Below, piece by piece: positions 1 to 9,270 of a stretch of 52,633 nucleotides of DNA; positions within the stretch are counted from its first letter, which is position 1, and every line of letters begins with the position of its first letter. Under the pieces are notes generated by a model, which saw only the letters and a program-made list of their open reading frames with translations, did not search any database and was not told the origin of the DNA. The position numbers and the translations under genes are program-made. The stretch is from contig MFKK01000034.1 in the NCBI GenBank assembly GCA_001781035.1, forward strand, positions 1-52,633. Reading direction: 5' to 3'. Source of the DNA: Candidatus Jorgensenbacteria bacterium RIFCSPLOWO2_01_FULL_45_25b (GTDB lineage: Bacteria; Patescibacteriota; Minisyncoccia; UBA6257; GWB1-50-10).

Positions 1-1
1 T

Positions 2-1216
2 GTTCCCCGCGATATTACGAGCGAGGAGGTGAAGGGAGCGAGCGGGGAGAACCTTCGGAGTCTTATTGAATCCAAAACTTCGGAACTGCAAAAAATTCAG
101 GAGGAGCGCGAACGGCTTCAGACGGAGCTTCGCGAGGTTAGTAAGATTAAAGGAGTGCTTACAAAGGATATTCGGGCGATTGAGAACAATATCAAACAAT
201 TAGACCTCTCTGTTAAGTCAAACAAGCTGACCTTAGAAAAACTTGAACTTGAAATTGAATCGCTCAATAAAGACATGAAGAGCGTTGAGGAGAGCGTTGT
301 TGTGAAGAAGAGCACGATCGGTAAGCTTATTTTTGAACTTGACCAGATGGACCAGGAGACCTTTTTGATGGTTTTTTTGAAGAGCGGGTCTCTCGCGGAG
401 GGATTTTCGGAACTTCAATCTATCGTTTCCTTTAACAGTGACCTTGTATTAAATGTTCGCGAACTGCGGGACTTTCAAAGCGATATTCTTTTGAAGTCGG
501 CATCGGTTCAGCGCAAAAAAATGGAACGCGAGGCGGAGAAGGGGAATCTTCTGAACAGGCAATATATTGTTCAGGACCAAAAAAAGGAGAAGGAAAAGCT
601 TTTGCTTACCACAAAAAATCAAGAGCAGGTGTATGCGGGACAGATAGCCGAGCTTGACCGCCAGCAGGGAGAGATAAGCAAGGTTATTGACCAGATTGAA
701 GCAACATTACGCGAGAGTTTTGACCCGACGCTTTTGCCGATAAAGCGAGCAGGGGTGCTTGCCTTTCCGGTTCAGAATCCCCGCGTGACCCAGAAGTATG
801 GCAGTACGCCCGACGCGCAAAAATTATACAAATCAAAAATTCATAACGGAATTGATTTCGGCGTTCCGCTCGGCACGCCCGTATACGCTTCCTATGACGG
901 CAAAGTTGTCGCGGTTGATAATAACGATAAGGGCATATCCCGTTTTCAAAAATATCAATACGGAAAACATATCGTAATTGAACATCAGAATAGTTTGGCG
1001 ACGCTTTATGCTCATCTTTCCCGGCAGGTTGTTACGAAGGGCCAGGAAGTAAAGAAGGGGGAGCTTATCGGATATTCGGGAAACACGGGATATTCCACCG
1101 GACCGCATTTACATTTTACGGTTCTTTGGGCGCCGAGTGTTCAGTATAAAAAAATCGCGCCCGCCGCGGGGCTTGTGCCGATTGGCATAACGATAGATCC
1201 GGAGGAGTACCTTTAG
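2..1216 (+). CDS. Coiled-coil / M23 (LytM-type) peptidoglycan endopeptidase, probably 5'-partial
   Basis: The C-terminal motifs 'HNGIDF' and 'GYSGNTGYSTGPHLHF' are the M23 metallopeptidase signature. The N-terminal ~230 aa are heptad-rich and EnvC-like. The frame stays open to the window edge upstream of the GTG at 29. Confidence 0.8.
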   Translation, partial: VPRDITSEEVKGASGENLRSLIESKTSELQKIQEERERLQTELREVSKIKGVLTKDIRAIENNIKQLDLSVKSNKLTLEKLELEIESLNKDMKSVEESVVVKKSTIGKLIFELDQMDQETFLMVFLKSGSLAEGFSELQSIVSFNSDLVLNVRELRDFQSDILLKSASVQRKKMEREAEKGNLLNRQYIVQDQKKEKEKLLLTTKNQEQVYAGQIAELDRQQGEISKVIDQIEATLRESFDPTLLPIKRAGVLAFPVQNPRVTQKYGSTPDAQKLYKSKIHNGIDFGVPLGTPVYASYDGKVVAVDNNDKGISRFQKYQYGKHIVIEHQNSLATLYAHLSRQVVTKGQEVKKGELIGYSGNTGYSTGPHLHFTVLWAPSVQYKKIAPAAGLVPIGITIDPEEYL

Positions 1217-1404
1217 CGAATTTCTAATTTCTAAAAAACAGTTTTTTAAGAATTGTTTTGTGGGGGAGAGGGAAGGGGGACGAAATTTCTAATTGCTAAT
1301 TTCTAATGACTGGTTTTCCACAAGGGAGGGTGGTTTTGTGGTTTTGGTGTGGTATTATAAAAGAACATAAAGTTCGCATAATTTAAGTTAATATACCTTA
1401 TATT

Positions 1405-2769
1405 ATGAAACAAAGCCAAAAGCCACTCCCCTCTCACTTAGAAGATTTTTTGGATTGGTTGGTTCGTAAACGTAATCTTACTTTGAAAACTCAAGCCAAC
1501 TATGCCCGGTTCTTGGAGAAATTTTTTTCTTGGCTTGGCTCTAATTACCTTTTTTCCTTAAGGCCGCATGAACTTACTTCAGACCATTTGGAAAAGTATC
1601 GTTTTTTTCTTGTCTCTGATAAACATCTCAAGTCCTCAACTCAAAACATTTATCTTATAGCCCTTCGTTCCCTCTTAACGTATTTTGTTGAAAATAATAT
1701 TTTCGCTCCTTCTCCAGAAAAAGTACATTTACTGGGAAGTGTTTTGACCAAAAAACCTCGTTTTTTAAGTTTTCAAGAATTACGGTGCTTATTAGAACAG
1801 CCGGATGTTTCTATGATTCGAGGACTTCGAGATAGAGTAATTATGGAATTATTGCTTGCGACAGGCCTTCGGATAAGTGAACTTGTTCGCTTAAATAGAG
1901 ATTTTCTTTCAAGTGATAAAATTTCAGAAGATTGCCATTATTGGATAGGTCGTTATATGGCCGTTCGTCTTGATAAGAATGAGGCGCTTTTTGTTTCTTG
2001 GCGAAATGAAAAGAAACAATTATCACCGAAGCGTTTGAGTGTGCGAACGATACAGCATTTTTTTAAAAAATACGCCACTGAGGCGGGAGTGCCTTTTGCT
2101 ATCACTCCGCACATATTGCGTCACACGCAAGCACAAAATTTATTCACTAGGTCTGTTGACTTAAAACCGCTTTATCGGGCGTGTGGTCATTCTCAGATGT
2201 TTTCCGGTGAATATGTTGCTCCTGTTGGGAATATTCGTTCCGCTCTTCGAAAAAACGAATTTGTATGGCATGATGTTGAAAAACGTATTCAGGATGAAAT
2301 TTGCTGGCTTCGGGAAGTAATTTCAACCTTTCTACGCGAAGAAAAACATGCGCCTGATGGATGTAGCCATTGTTTTTTGCGTTCCATCGCTATTTTGATT
2401 GTGCAAGGGATTATAAGTGCGACGGAAATTCGTTTTGACCACACTCAAGTTTCTTTTTGGAAAAATCCTCATACTAATTCTTATCCGCAAGAGATTTATC
2501 ATGGAAAAGATTGGCATCATAGGACAATGAGTCAAATCGAGGGTCATTTTATTGTTCAGGGCTATAAAGTTGTTCGCCAGCCGATCCTACAACAAGGGCG
2601 GGCAGACCTCGGTGTTTCTGATTTTGGAGGTATGGACTTATTTATAGAAGTAGGAACGGTCTCGCTATACAAGCTTATAATAAATTTTTTAAGCATGGAT
2701 AATTTCGTGTATCTTATTGCTCCACACGAAGGAGTCTTGGTAGAGTTTATAAAGAAAAAGAAAAAATGA
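1405..2769 (+). CDS. Degenerate tyrosine-recombinase-like protein with a ~170 aa C-terminal extension (possible PD-(D/E)xK-like fold)
   Basis: The N-terminus aligns residue by residue with the neighbouring Xer ('FLDWL..K.LS.KTQ.NY.RFL..FF.WL', 'LRPHELTS.H'). It retains 'ATGLRISEL', 'HILRH', 'GH' and a late Tyr. It lacks the 'GKGGRTRTV' beta-hairpin that carries the catalytic Lys. The extension contains 'GRADLGV...DLFIEVGT', which resembles a D...E-x-K nuclease core. Confidence 0.6.
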   Translation: MKQSQKPLPSHLEDFLDWLVRKRNLTLKTQANYARFLEKFFSWLGSNYLFSLRPHELTSDHLEKYRFFLVSDKHLKSSTQNIYLIALRSLLTYFVENNIFAPSPEKVHLLGSVLTKKPRFLSFQELRCLLEQPDVSMIRGLRDRVIMELLLATGLRISELVRLNRDFLSSDKISEDCHYWIGRYMAVRLDKNEALFVSWRNEKKQLSPKRLSVRTIQHFFKKYATEAGVPFAITPHILRHTQAQNLFTRSVDLKPLYRACGHSQMFSGEYVAPVGNIRSALRKNEFVWHDVEKRIQDEICWLREVISTFLREEKHAPDGCSHCFLRSIAILIVQGIISATEIRFDHTQVSFWKNPHTNSYPQEIYHGKDWHHRTMSQIEGHFIVQGYKVVRQPILQQGRADLGVSDFGGMDLFIEVGTVSLYKLIINFLSMDNFVYLIAPHEGVLVEFIKKKKK

Positions 2770-2781
2770 TGTGACATAATT

Positions 2782-3729
2782 ATGAAAAACTCAAATAAAA
2801 GTATACAACAATACGTTTCTGATTTTCTTGACTGGATTGATGTGGAAAAGGGCCTAAGCTCAAAAACCCAGGAAAATTATTCGCGTTTCTTGAAAAGATT
2901 TTTTGTTTGGCTGGAAGAAAAGAAAATTCTTGATTTAAAGCCTCACGAACTTACTCCGGAACATATATGGGAGTACCGTATTTATCTTGCTCGCAAGACC
3001 CATTCTCGACGAACTGCGACCTCTTTAAAAAAATCTACTCAAAATTATTATCTCATCGTTCTTCGTTCGCTTCTCGCGTATTTTGTGGAGAGAAATATTC
3101 CCTCTCTTCCTCCTGAGAAGGTGAAGTTGGCACGGGATAAAGACGACAAGGAGATTCGTTTTCTGACCTTGGAGCAATTGGAGAAGCTTTTTTTTGTGCC
3201 CGATATTTCCTCTCCTGCAGGTGTTCGAGATAGGGCTATTTTGGAGACATTTTTTTCTACTGGAATGCGTGTTTCGGAGTTAGTTGCCCTGAATCTTGAT
3301 CAGGTAAGGTCGTCGCTCCATTTGGATTCGCTGGAACTTGGAATTGTGGGAAAGGGCGGCAGAACACGCACAGTGTATTTTTCAAAACGCGTGCTTTCCT
3401 GGATCGAAAAATACCTTGAGATGCGGGGTGATTTTGAAGAACCGCTTTTTATTAATTATCGTTCTCCGAAAACATCTTCCCGACGGCTTAGTGTTAAATC
3501 TATAGAGAATCTTGTGAAACGCTACGCTCTCCGAGCGGGTCTTCCTAAAAATACTACCCCACACGTGCTTCGACATTCTTTTGCTACTGATTTATTAAAT
3601 AAAGGTGTTGATATTAGAATTTTGCAAGAGTTTCTTGGTCATAAGAGTATTACTGCTACCCAGATATATACGCATGTCACGAGTAAAAAACTACGGGAGA
3701 TTCATAAGAAATTTCATGGTACTATATAG
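2782..3729 (+). CDS. XerC/XerD-family site-specific tyrosine recombinase (canonical)
   Basis: The full catalytic set is present: 'STGMRVSEL' (Arg), 'GKGGRTRTV' (Lys), 'HVLRHSFAT' (His-x-x-Arg) and 'LGHKSITATQIYTHV' (His, Tyr). Confidence 0.9.
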   Translation: MKNSNKSIQQYVSDFLDWIDVEKGLSSKTQENYSRFLKRFFVWLEEKKILDLKPHELTPEHIWEYRIYLARKTHSRRTATSLKKSTQNYYLIVLRSLLAYFVERNIPSLPPEKVKLARDKDDKEIRFLTLEQLEKLFFVPDISSPAGVRDRAILETFFSTGMRVSELVALNLDQVRSSLHLDSLELGIVGKGGRTRTVYFSKRVLSWIEKYLEMRGDFEEPLFINYRSPKTSSRRLSVKSIENLVKRYALRAGLPKNTTPHVLRHSFATDLLNKGVDIRILQEFLGHKSITATQIYTHVTSKKLREIHKKFHGTI

Positions 3730-3737
3730 AAGTATTT

Positions 3738-5192
3738 ATGACTAAAAAACACGTACATTTTGTGGGGGTTGGAGGCATAGGAATGAGCTCTCTTGCCCGA
3801 TGGTATTTGGCTCAAAATTGGGCTGTTTCGGGGTCTGACCTCTCCCCCTCTGAAATTACCAAAGAGCTTGAAAAGGAGGGCGTACGGGTCAAAATTGGGC
3901 ACAATTCCTCAAATTTGCCTCAAAAATTGAATGTTTTGGTGTATAGCAACGCTCTTCCGCAGAATACCCCTGAAATTGAGGGGGCGCGGAAATTGGGGGC
4001 TTCTGTTGTGAGCTATTCCGAGGCGTTGGGCGCTATTGCCAAAACATATACGACGCTTGCGGTTGCGGGGTCGCATGGAAAGAGCACGACGACCGCGCTT
4101 TTAGGTTTGTGTCTTCTTTCGGGCGGTTTTGACCCAACCGTTATTGTCGGAACGAAGGTGAAAGAGTTCGGCGGGAAAAATTTTCGTTTTGGAGGAGGCA
4201 AGTTTTTTGCGCTTGAGGCGGATGAGTATAAGGGAGCGTTTTTTCAATATGTTCCAACCTCTCTTATTATCACGAACATTGATAAGGAGCATTTGGATTT
4301 TTACAAGACGTTCGCGAACGTGAAGAGGGCGTTTTTGAGGTTTCTTGGGCAGGCGGTGCCGGGTGGGAAGTTTGTTTTCAATAGAGACGATGCTGTTTTG
4401 TGGGGATTACGGGCGCAGATTTTGCGTATCGCGAAAACGAAGCATTCGGAGATTCTTTGGTATTCGCTTCACTCCCCCATGGCGAAGAAGATTGAGCGAG
4501 TGTTGCGAATTCCCGGCAGGCACAATGTTTCAAACGCGCTCGCGGTTTATACGCTTGCCCGCGCGCTTGGCGTATTGGAGAGACGGATTTTTTCTGTCTT
4601 CCGAACATTTTCCGGTACGTGGAGGAGGATGGAGTACTGTGGCGATCTAAGGATCGCCACCGCGGATGAGCGCGGACTTGTACGCGGAAAAACGCGGAAA
4701 GAAACAAATGTTGAGGTGTACGATGATTACGCGCATCATCCGACGGAAATAAAGGCGACACTCTCTGCTTTTAAGCAATCCCCGTTAGAAGCAAAGCTTC
4801 TAACGGGGCAAGCCGCGAACGAACGCAAAAAGCGGAAGATTGTGTGCGTGTTTCAGCCTCATCAGGCGCATCGATTAAAATCGCTTTTTAAGGAGTTTGT
4901 TGATTCATTTCAAGATGCGGACGGACTTATTCTTCTTCCAACGTATCAGGTTCCTGGTCGGGATATTGCTTTGGACAAGCGATATTCATCCGAGGCGCTC
5001 GCGAAAGCAATCATCAGAAAGTATCCCCGAAAGCGTGTGTTGTATCTTGAAGACCCAAAAAGGCTGAAAGAGGAGATTTTCAATATGTTGCGCGGACTCC
5101 CCTCTTCGGACGGAGTTTTGGTTATGATGGGAGCGGGAGACATTTTTCAATTAACTTCGGAGTTGATTAAAAAAAGAATCTCTAATATCTAA
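3738..5192 (+). CDS. murC: UDP-N-acetylmuramate--L-alanine ligase
   Basis: Motifs 'HFVGVGGIGMS', 'GSHGKSTT', 'DDYAHHPTEI' and 'VFQPH' are present. The last codons and the stop lie inside a heptamer-repeat element. Confidence 0.9.
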   Translation: MTKKHVHFVGVGGIGMSSLARWYLAQNWAVSGSDLSPSEITKELEKEGVRVKIGHNSSNLPQKLNVLVYSNALPQNTPEIEGARKLGASVVSYSEALGAIAKTYTTLAVAGSHGKSTTTALLGLCLLSGGFDPTVIVGTKVKEFGGKNFRFGGGKFFALEADEYKGAFFQYVPTSLIITNIDKEHLDFYKTFANVKRAFLRFLGQAVPGGKFVFNRDDAVLWGLRAQILRIAKTKHSEILWYSLHSPMAKKIERVLRIPGRHNVSNALAVYTLARALGVLERRIFSVFRTFSGTWRRMEYCGDLRIATADERGLVRGKTRKETNVEVYDDYAHHPTEIKATLSAFKQSPLEAKLLTGQAANERKKRKIVCVFQPHQAHRLKSLFKEFVDSFQDADGLILLPTYQVPGRDIALDKRYSSEALAKAIIRKYPRKRVLYLEDPKRLKEEIFNMLRGLPSSDGVLVMMGAGDIFQLTSELIKKRISNI

Positions 5193-5324
5193 TATCTAAT
5201 TTCTAAATCCTAAACAATTTCAAAATATTAATCTCAAAAACGTAGTTTGATAGGCTCATTATAAAGTTTTGAATTTTGACATTTGAGATTGTTTAGAAAT
5301 TGGGGTTTAGAAATTAGAGATTTT
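5176..5324. repeat. AATTTCT-family heptamer-repeat hairpin element filling the murC / nuclease-gene spacer
   Basis: The left arm is 'aatctctaatatctaatatctaatttctaaatcctaaacaatttcaaaat'. The right arm is 'attttgacatttgagattgtttagaaattggggtttagaaattagagatt', an imperfect inverted repeat of the left. Confidence 0.8.
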
Positions 5325-5325
5325 T

Positions 5326-6087
5326 ATGTTGGATTATAAAAATGTTGAGGAATTTAAATCCCAATGCGGGTATGAAATTGACGGCGTGTGGTATCCGCGG
5401 GTGACGAAAATTGTTGATATTAAGTCAAAGCCCGCGCTGTATCGTTTTTACGGCGCGATGAAGAGTTATCAGGACGCCGAGCGCATGAAGGAGCAGTCCG
5501 CGATTGAGGGGACGCTTGTGCACGATACGATTGAGGCAATATTAACCGGACAGGAGCCTTCCATTCCTCTCTTAATCAAGCCTTCGGTGGACGCCTTTTT
5601 GAAGTTTTTAGAAGACAATTCCATTGAGGTTCAGACTCAATACGTTGAGTATCGTCTTTTTCATCCCACGCATCGCTACGCGGGAACGCTTGACGCTATC
5701 GCGACCATTCACGGCAAGACGGGAATTTTGGACATAAAAACGTCGCAGGCGATTTATAGGGATTATAACTTACAGACATCGGCCTATATGGCGGCGATGA
5801 TAGATAAGGTGCCGTCGCTTCAGGCGCGATGGATTTTGCGCATTGACCAGAATCAGAAGTGTCTTCAGTGCGGAGCCGTGTTGCGCACCAAGGGAGGGAA
5901 CGGAAAGATTCGCACCCAGTGGAATAATTATGTTATGCAGACGTGCGCGCATGAGTGGGGGCCGGCTCGCGGGCTCATTGAGCTTAAGGAGTTTCCTTTT
6001 TGGGAGAATGATTTTGAGGCGTTTTTAGGAGCGAAACGACTGTGGGAGTGGGAACATGAGGAGATGTTGAAGAAGATTGGGTATTAG
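5326..6087 (+). CDS. PD-(D/E)XK nuclease, RecB/Cas4-like
   Basis: The motifs 'GTLDAIA', 'GILDIKTS' (D...D-x-K) and 'QTSAY' (the Q-x-x-x-Y of RecB-family nucleases) are present. There are four Cys residues: one N-terminal, plus 'CLQCG' and 'TCAHEW'. Confidence 0.7.
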   Translation: MLDYKNVEEFKSQCGYEIDGVWYPRVTKIVDIKSKPALYRFYGAMKSYQDAERMKEQSAIEGTLVHDTIEAILTGQEPSIPLLIKPSVDAFLKFLEDNSIEVQTQYVEYRLFHPTHRYAGTLDAIATIHGKTGILDIKTSQAIYRDYNLQTSAYMAAMIDKVPSLQARWILRIDQNQKCLQCGAVLRTKGGNGKIRTQWNNYVMQTCAHEWGPARGLIELKEFPFWENDFEAFLGAKRLWEWEHEEMLKKIGY

Positions 6088-6145
6088 GTTTATAAAAGTT
6101 TTCTTTCTTTTCTGTCGCGACTAGTTATTTTTGTATAATGTTGAA

Positions 6146-6380
6146 CGTTCGCGACACGTTCCTACCGGGACCGGCGGTTGGTTTGCTCTAGTGGCAAGCA
6201 ACCATTGTTTCTATAATCACTGCTCCATGTTTTTGAATTTCCCCCGCCACACTCCCTTCACTCGGGCGCTCCGGGGCGCTAGCCCAAGTCTTACCCTCGT
6301 TCAAGGAGTGTGGCAGGGGAAATTATGTTGTTGTGGCGATAGAGTGTAACGCTTTTGGCGTGCGGACCCCGTGTGATCCA
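6146..6380 (+). ncRNA. Candidate structured RNA, enlarged variant of the 'CCUACCGGGA' family (copy C)
   Basis: A TATAAT box lies at 6134-6139. The 5' part 'GUUCCUACCGGGACCGGCGGUUGGUUUGC...GCAAGCAACC' matches copies A and B, including the hairpin with a bulged nucleotide. A long internal stem pairs 6237-6256 with 6305-6324. The closing pair is ACACG (6154-6158) with CGUGU (6370-6374). Confidence 0.35.
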
Positions 6381-6468
6381 TAAGCTCGCGTATGAGAAGA
6401 AAGAAACCCCCCAATCTTCTTTTTTGTGGGGAGGGGTGAGTTGGAAACCATGCCCCGAGTCCTTCCTC

Positions 6469-7221
6469 CTAGAGAGTCCATGAGAGCGCGTCTTGCGCTC
6501 TAATCATGGAGGATTGGATTTCTCCTCCGCAGAAACGGAAGAGGTGGTCTTTTATGAGATTCGCCGATCCCAGTATCGCTTCATCCGTGATTGCCAGACT
6601 TGTCGCTTCGCAGAAAAGCGCGATGTCTTGAGAACTCTCCGTGATTTTCGCCGTGTCGCTGTCTTTGTAGTTCCATCGGCGCGTGAGCACTTTTTTGCGG
6701 TCGGCGTACACCACCTCTCCTTTTTGTGTCGTTTCAGGCTCGCCACCGCCCAGCGGAAGGAATTGTTCTTCTCCCTCGCTGAATCGGAGAGTAATGTCGT
6801 CCTCTATTTGCGACAGGTCATAACCGCCTACCGGCAGGAACCATTCCAGTTCCGCGAGCAGATAGCAGTTCACCACCACATTGATGATGGGGGCGCTGTT
6901 TCCACGGACGATGCGCCGTAGAAGCGCTTCCGCGGTTGGTCGATGATCTTTCGGGTTCACTCCGAAACTGCGGTAGGTTTCCCGCCAAGCAAGCACGGTT
7001 GGATGCGTGTTGACGTCTTCGGGCGAGTATTGCGCTCGAAACTCATTCTCCATCTTCGCTTTGAGCGCGGATAGTTCTGGGTTTTCGCGCGCGTTCTTAA
7101 TACCTCGCGCGATTACGACGCCAATGCGGAGCGCCGGATACTTCTCGGCGACTTCCTTTTGGATTGAGAAATGGAGCTTGTTGTTTATAATTGCAGTTTT
7201 TGGGCAATAAGGGCGGCACAA
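6469..7221 (-). CDS. B3/B4 (PheT-like tRNA-binding) domain protein; start uncertain
   Basis: The homologous part begins near 'KLHFSIQKEVAEKYPALRIGVV'. No ATG or GTG lies upstream of it, so I took the TTG at 7221. ATT/ATA at 7191/7188 are alternatives. The long ORF-track N-terminus (to 7443) overlaps the upstream kinase gene and is not credible. Confidence 0.55.
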   Translation of the reverse strand: MCRPYCPKTAIINNKLHFSIQKEVAEKYPALRIGVVIARGIKNARENPELSALKAKMENEFRAQYSPEDVNTHPTVLAWRETYRSFGVNPKDHRPTAEALLRRIVRGNSAPIINVVVNCYLLAELEWFLPVGGYDLSQIEDDITLRFSEGEEQFLPLGGGEPETTQKGEVVYADRKKVLTRRWNYKDSDTAKITESSQDIALFCEATSLAITDEAILGSANLIKDHLFRFCGGEIQSSMIRAQDALSWTL

Positions 7222-7724
7222 TCTTTTGGAGGAAGGTTGGAATTGTCTATGATTGTCGCGGGACGAGACGCAGACGCCTTTGCATTCGGCTGTTCCAAAA
7301 ATTCCTGAAGCTCTTCTTCTGTTGAAATTTTTGTATGAAGGAGGCGGGAGGGTTCTTTGATTCTTTTTACCAGTTCGTCCATAGAACATTGAAGTTCCAC
7401 CAGATGAATCGCGCCGTTGTGTGTTTCCGCGCAAGCAACACATTCTTTGATAAATTCTTCCGCGCCGGAACTGCCACCCGTGAAGGTTATAATCATCCCC
7501 TTCAGTTTTGTTTTTAAAACGCCGTTTAGGAGGTCAATTCGGAAGCCCTTTTCCACCCCTTTTCCTTCAGGAAATTCTTTCGGAATAAATTTTTGTACGA
7601 TATCCAGAACGAGATGATTGTTAAGAAGAGGGAGCCCTGTTAATTTTTCCAACTCCTCCCCTACCGTTTGCTTTCCCACTCCCGGCAAGCCGTAGAGAAG
7701 GATGATTGTTGTTTTTGTATCCAT
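7185..7724 (-). CDS. P-loop NTPase / small-molecule kinase-like protein
   Basis: The Walker A motif 'GLPGVGKQT' lies at the N-terminus. The size of ~180 aa fits AAA_33 / shikimate-kinase-like proteins. Confidence 0.6.
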   Translation of the reverse strand: MDTKTTIILLYGLPGVGKQTVGEELEKLTGLPLLNNHLVLDIVQKFIPKEFPEGKGVEKGFRIDLLNGVLKTKLKGMIITFTGGSSGAEEFIKECVACAETHNGAIHLVELQCSMDELVKRIKEPSRLLHTKISTEEELQEFLEQPNAKASASRPATIIDNSNLPPKDCAALIAQKLQL

Positions 7725-7748
7725 GCGTTTTATTATATCATATTATTT

Positions 7749-9200
7749 TTATATTAACGGTTCCTCTGTCTGGCTCTCGTGACTTTCCTTCTTTCCTTTT
7801 TTGCCGGTGATTGCGGATTTTTCCCGCGCGCTTCGGATGATACTTACCTCTTCTTCCATCATCAGGCGTTTCGCCTCTTCTATCGGCACCGCGAATTTTT
7901 TTCTTGAGGAGGCTATGATTTCTTCTCTTTCAGAGGCGTAGTTTGGTCTTGTTATGTTTAGGGTTTCCGCGGAGAAGGGGTCGTATGTTTCGCCGTCTAT
8001 CGTCATTTTTATGTAGAATTCACGGACGCCAAGGTTAATCATGTCTTTTTGGTCAAAGACGGGAACCATTTCCGGTTTCAATTTTATGGAATCCTCTCCT
8101 CCCACCCGAAAGATGACGATGGTTCCCACGTTTCCCAAGACTGCCGCCTGGACGCTTGATAGGAGTTGTTGCATGTATTGGTGCGCCATCGTAAGGCAGA
8201 GACCGTACTTTCTCGCTTCCGAGAGGAGGTTTTCAAATGTTTGGGTTACCACATTTTGAAACTCATCCACGTAAAGATAAAAATCGTGGCGTTTATTTTC
8301 CGGGAGCGCCGCGCGCGCCATGCCTGCTTGTTTTATTTTTGTTACGAACATGGAGCCGAAGAAGCTGGAGTTTTCCTCCCCTATTTTTCCTTTCGCGAGG
8401 TTGATGAGGACAATCTTTCTTTCATTCATGATTTTTTCCAAGTCAATTTTATTTTCCTTTTGTCCGAAGATGTTGCGGAGCATCGGGTCGGAAAGGAATT
8501 GTCCGAGCTTGTTTACCAGAGGGATGATGGCATCGGTATCAAATTTTTCCGACCAGTCCGCGAATTCAATCGCCCAGAAGCGTTTTACCATGTCGTCTTC
8601 AATGTATTCAACCACTTTTTGGCGGTAGTTTCTGTCCGTTAGCATTGAAATCATTCCGCGCATGGTCGCGTGGGGATAATCAAGAAGCGCGAGACAGGTG
8701 AAGCGGAAGACGTGTTCAAGGCGTGGCGTCCAATTCGCGCCGAACTGTTTTTCCAGTACCTCAATCAACCCTTGCGTGAGCTGGTGCTTGAATTCGGGCG
8801 CGATGTTTGAGAGCGGATTGAAGGCGACCGGGTAGTCTAGATCGGATGGGTCAATGATAATCACATCCTCCACGCGGTTTTTGGGAACGAAATCCAGTAT
8901 CGCTTCAATGAGGTCGCCGTGAGGGTCCATCACGCAGACGCCGTGACCGTAGGCGATATCCTGGCGAATCAAAAGTTCAATCAGTTTTGATTTTCCGACG
9001 CCGCTCTTCCCCACCATGTAGAGATGGCGTCTGCGGTCTACCCGCTTTAATCCGAAAACGAATTTTTTTTCTTCAAGCGCCGCCACATAGTTTGTTCTGC
9101 CGATGAAGGAGACTTCTTTCGGGTCGATTCTTCCATACATGGGAAGTTCCGGCGGGGGCGGAGCATATTTAATTCGTTGAATTTTTGAGCGTTCTTGCAT
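7749..9200 (-). CDS. Soluble VirD4/TraD/TraG-like (type IV coupling protein-like) ATPase
   Basis: Walker A 'VGKSGVGKS', 'DPHGDL', Walker B 'FYLYVDEFQN', 'RKYGLCLTMAHQYMQQL' and 'GNVGTIVIFRVG' are present. There is no N-terminal transmembrane segment. Confidence 0.75.
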   Translation of the reverse strand: MQERSKIQRIKYAPPPPELPMYGRIDPKEVSFIGRTNYVAALEEKKFVFGLKRVDRRRHLYMVGKSGVGKSKLIELLIRQDIAYGHGVCVMDPHGDLIEAILDFVPKNRVEDVIIIDPSDLDYPVAFNPLSNIAPEFKHQLTQGLIEVLEKQFGANWTPRLEHVFRFTCLALLDYPHATMRGMISMLTDRNYRQKVVEYIEDDMVKRFWAIEFADWSEKFDTDAIIPLVNKLGQFLSDPMLRNIFGQKENKIDLEKIMNERKIVLINLAKGKIGEENSSFFGSMFVTKIKQAGMARAALPENKRHDFYLYVDEFQNVVTQTFENLLSEARKYGLCLTMAHQYMQQLLSSVQAAVLGNVGTIVIFRVGGEDSIKLKPEMVPVFDQKDMINLGVREFYIKMTIDGETYDPFSAETLNITRPNYASEREEIIASSRKKFAVPIEEAKRLMMEEEVSIIRSAREKSAITGKKGKKESHESQTEEPLI

Positions 9201-9270
9201 GATTTATATTTTAGTTATCAATGGCTTTGGAAGAGATTGTAAAAAGGTTAGGTACTAGAAGTTTTATACA

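Noticed and set aside
6131-6349. ORFs overlapping the candidate RNAs: 6131-6349, 9221-9430, 14957-15355 and 15111-15404.
   Set aside because: These regions show paired stems with compensatory changes between copies. The copies share no reading frame or peptide similarity. The predicted peptides are Arg/Pro/Ser-rich, which is typical of GC-rich structured RNA.
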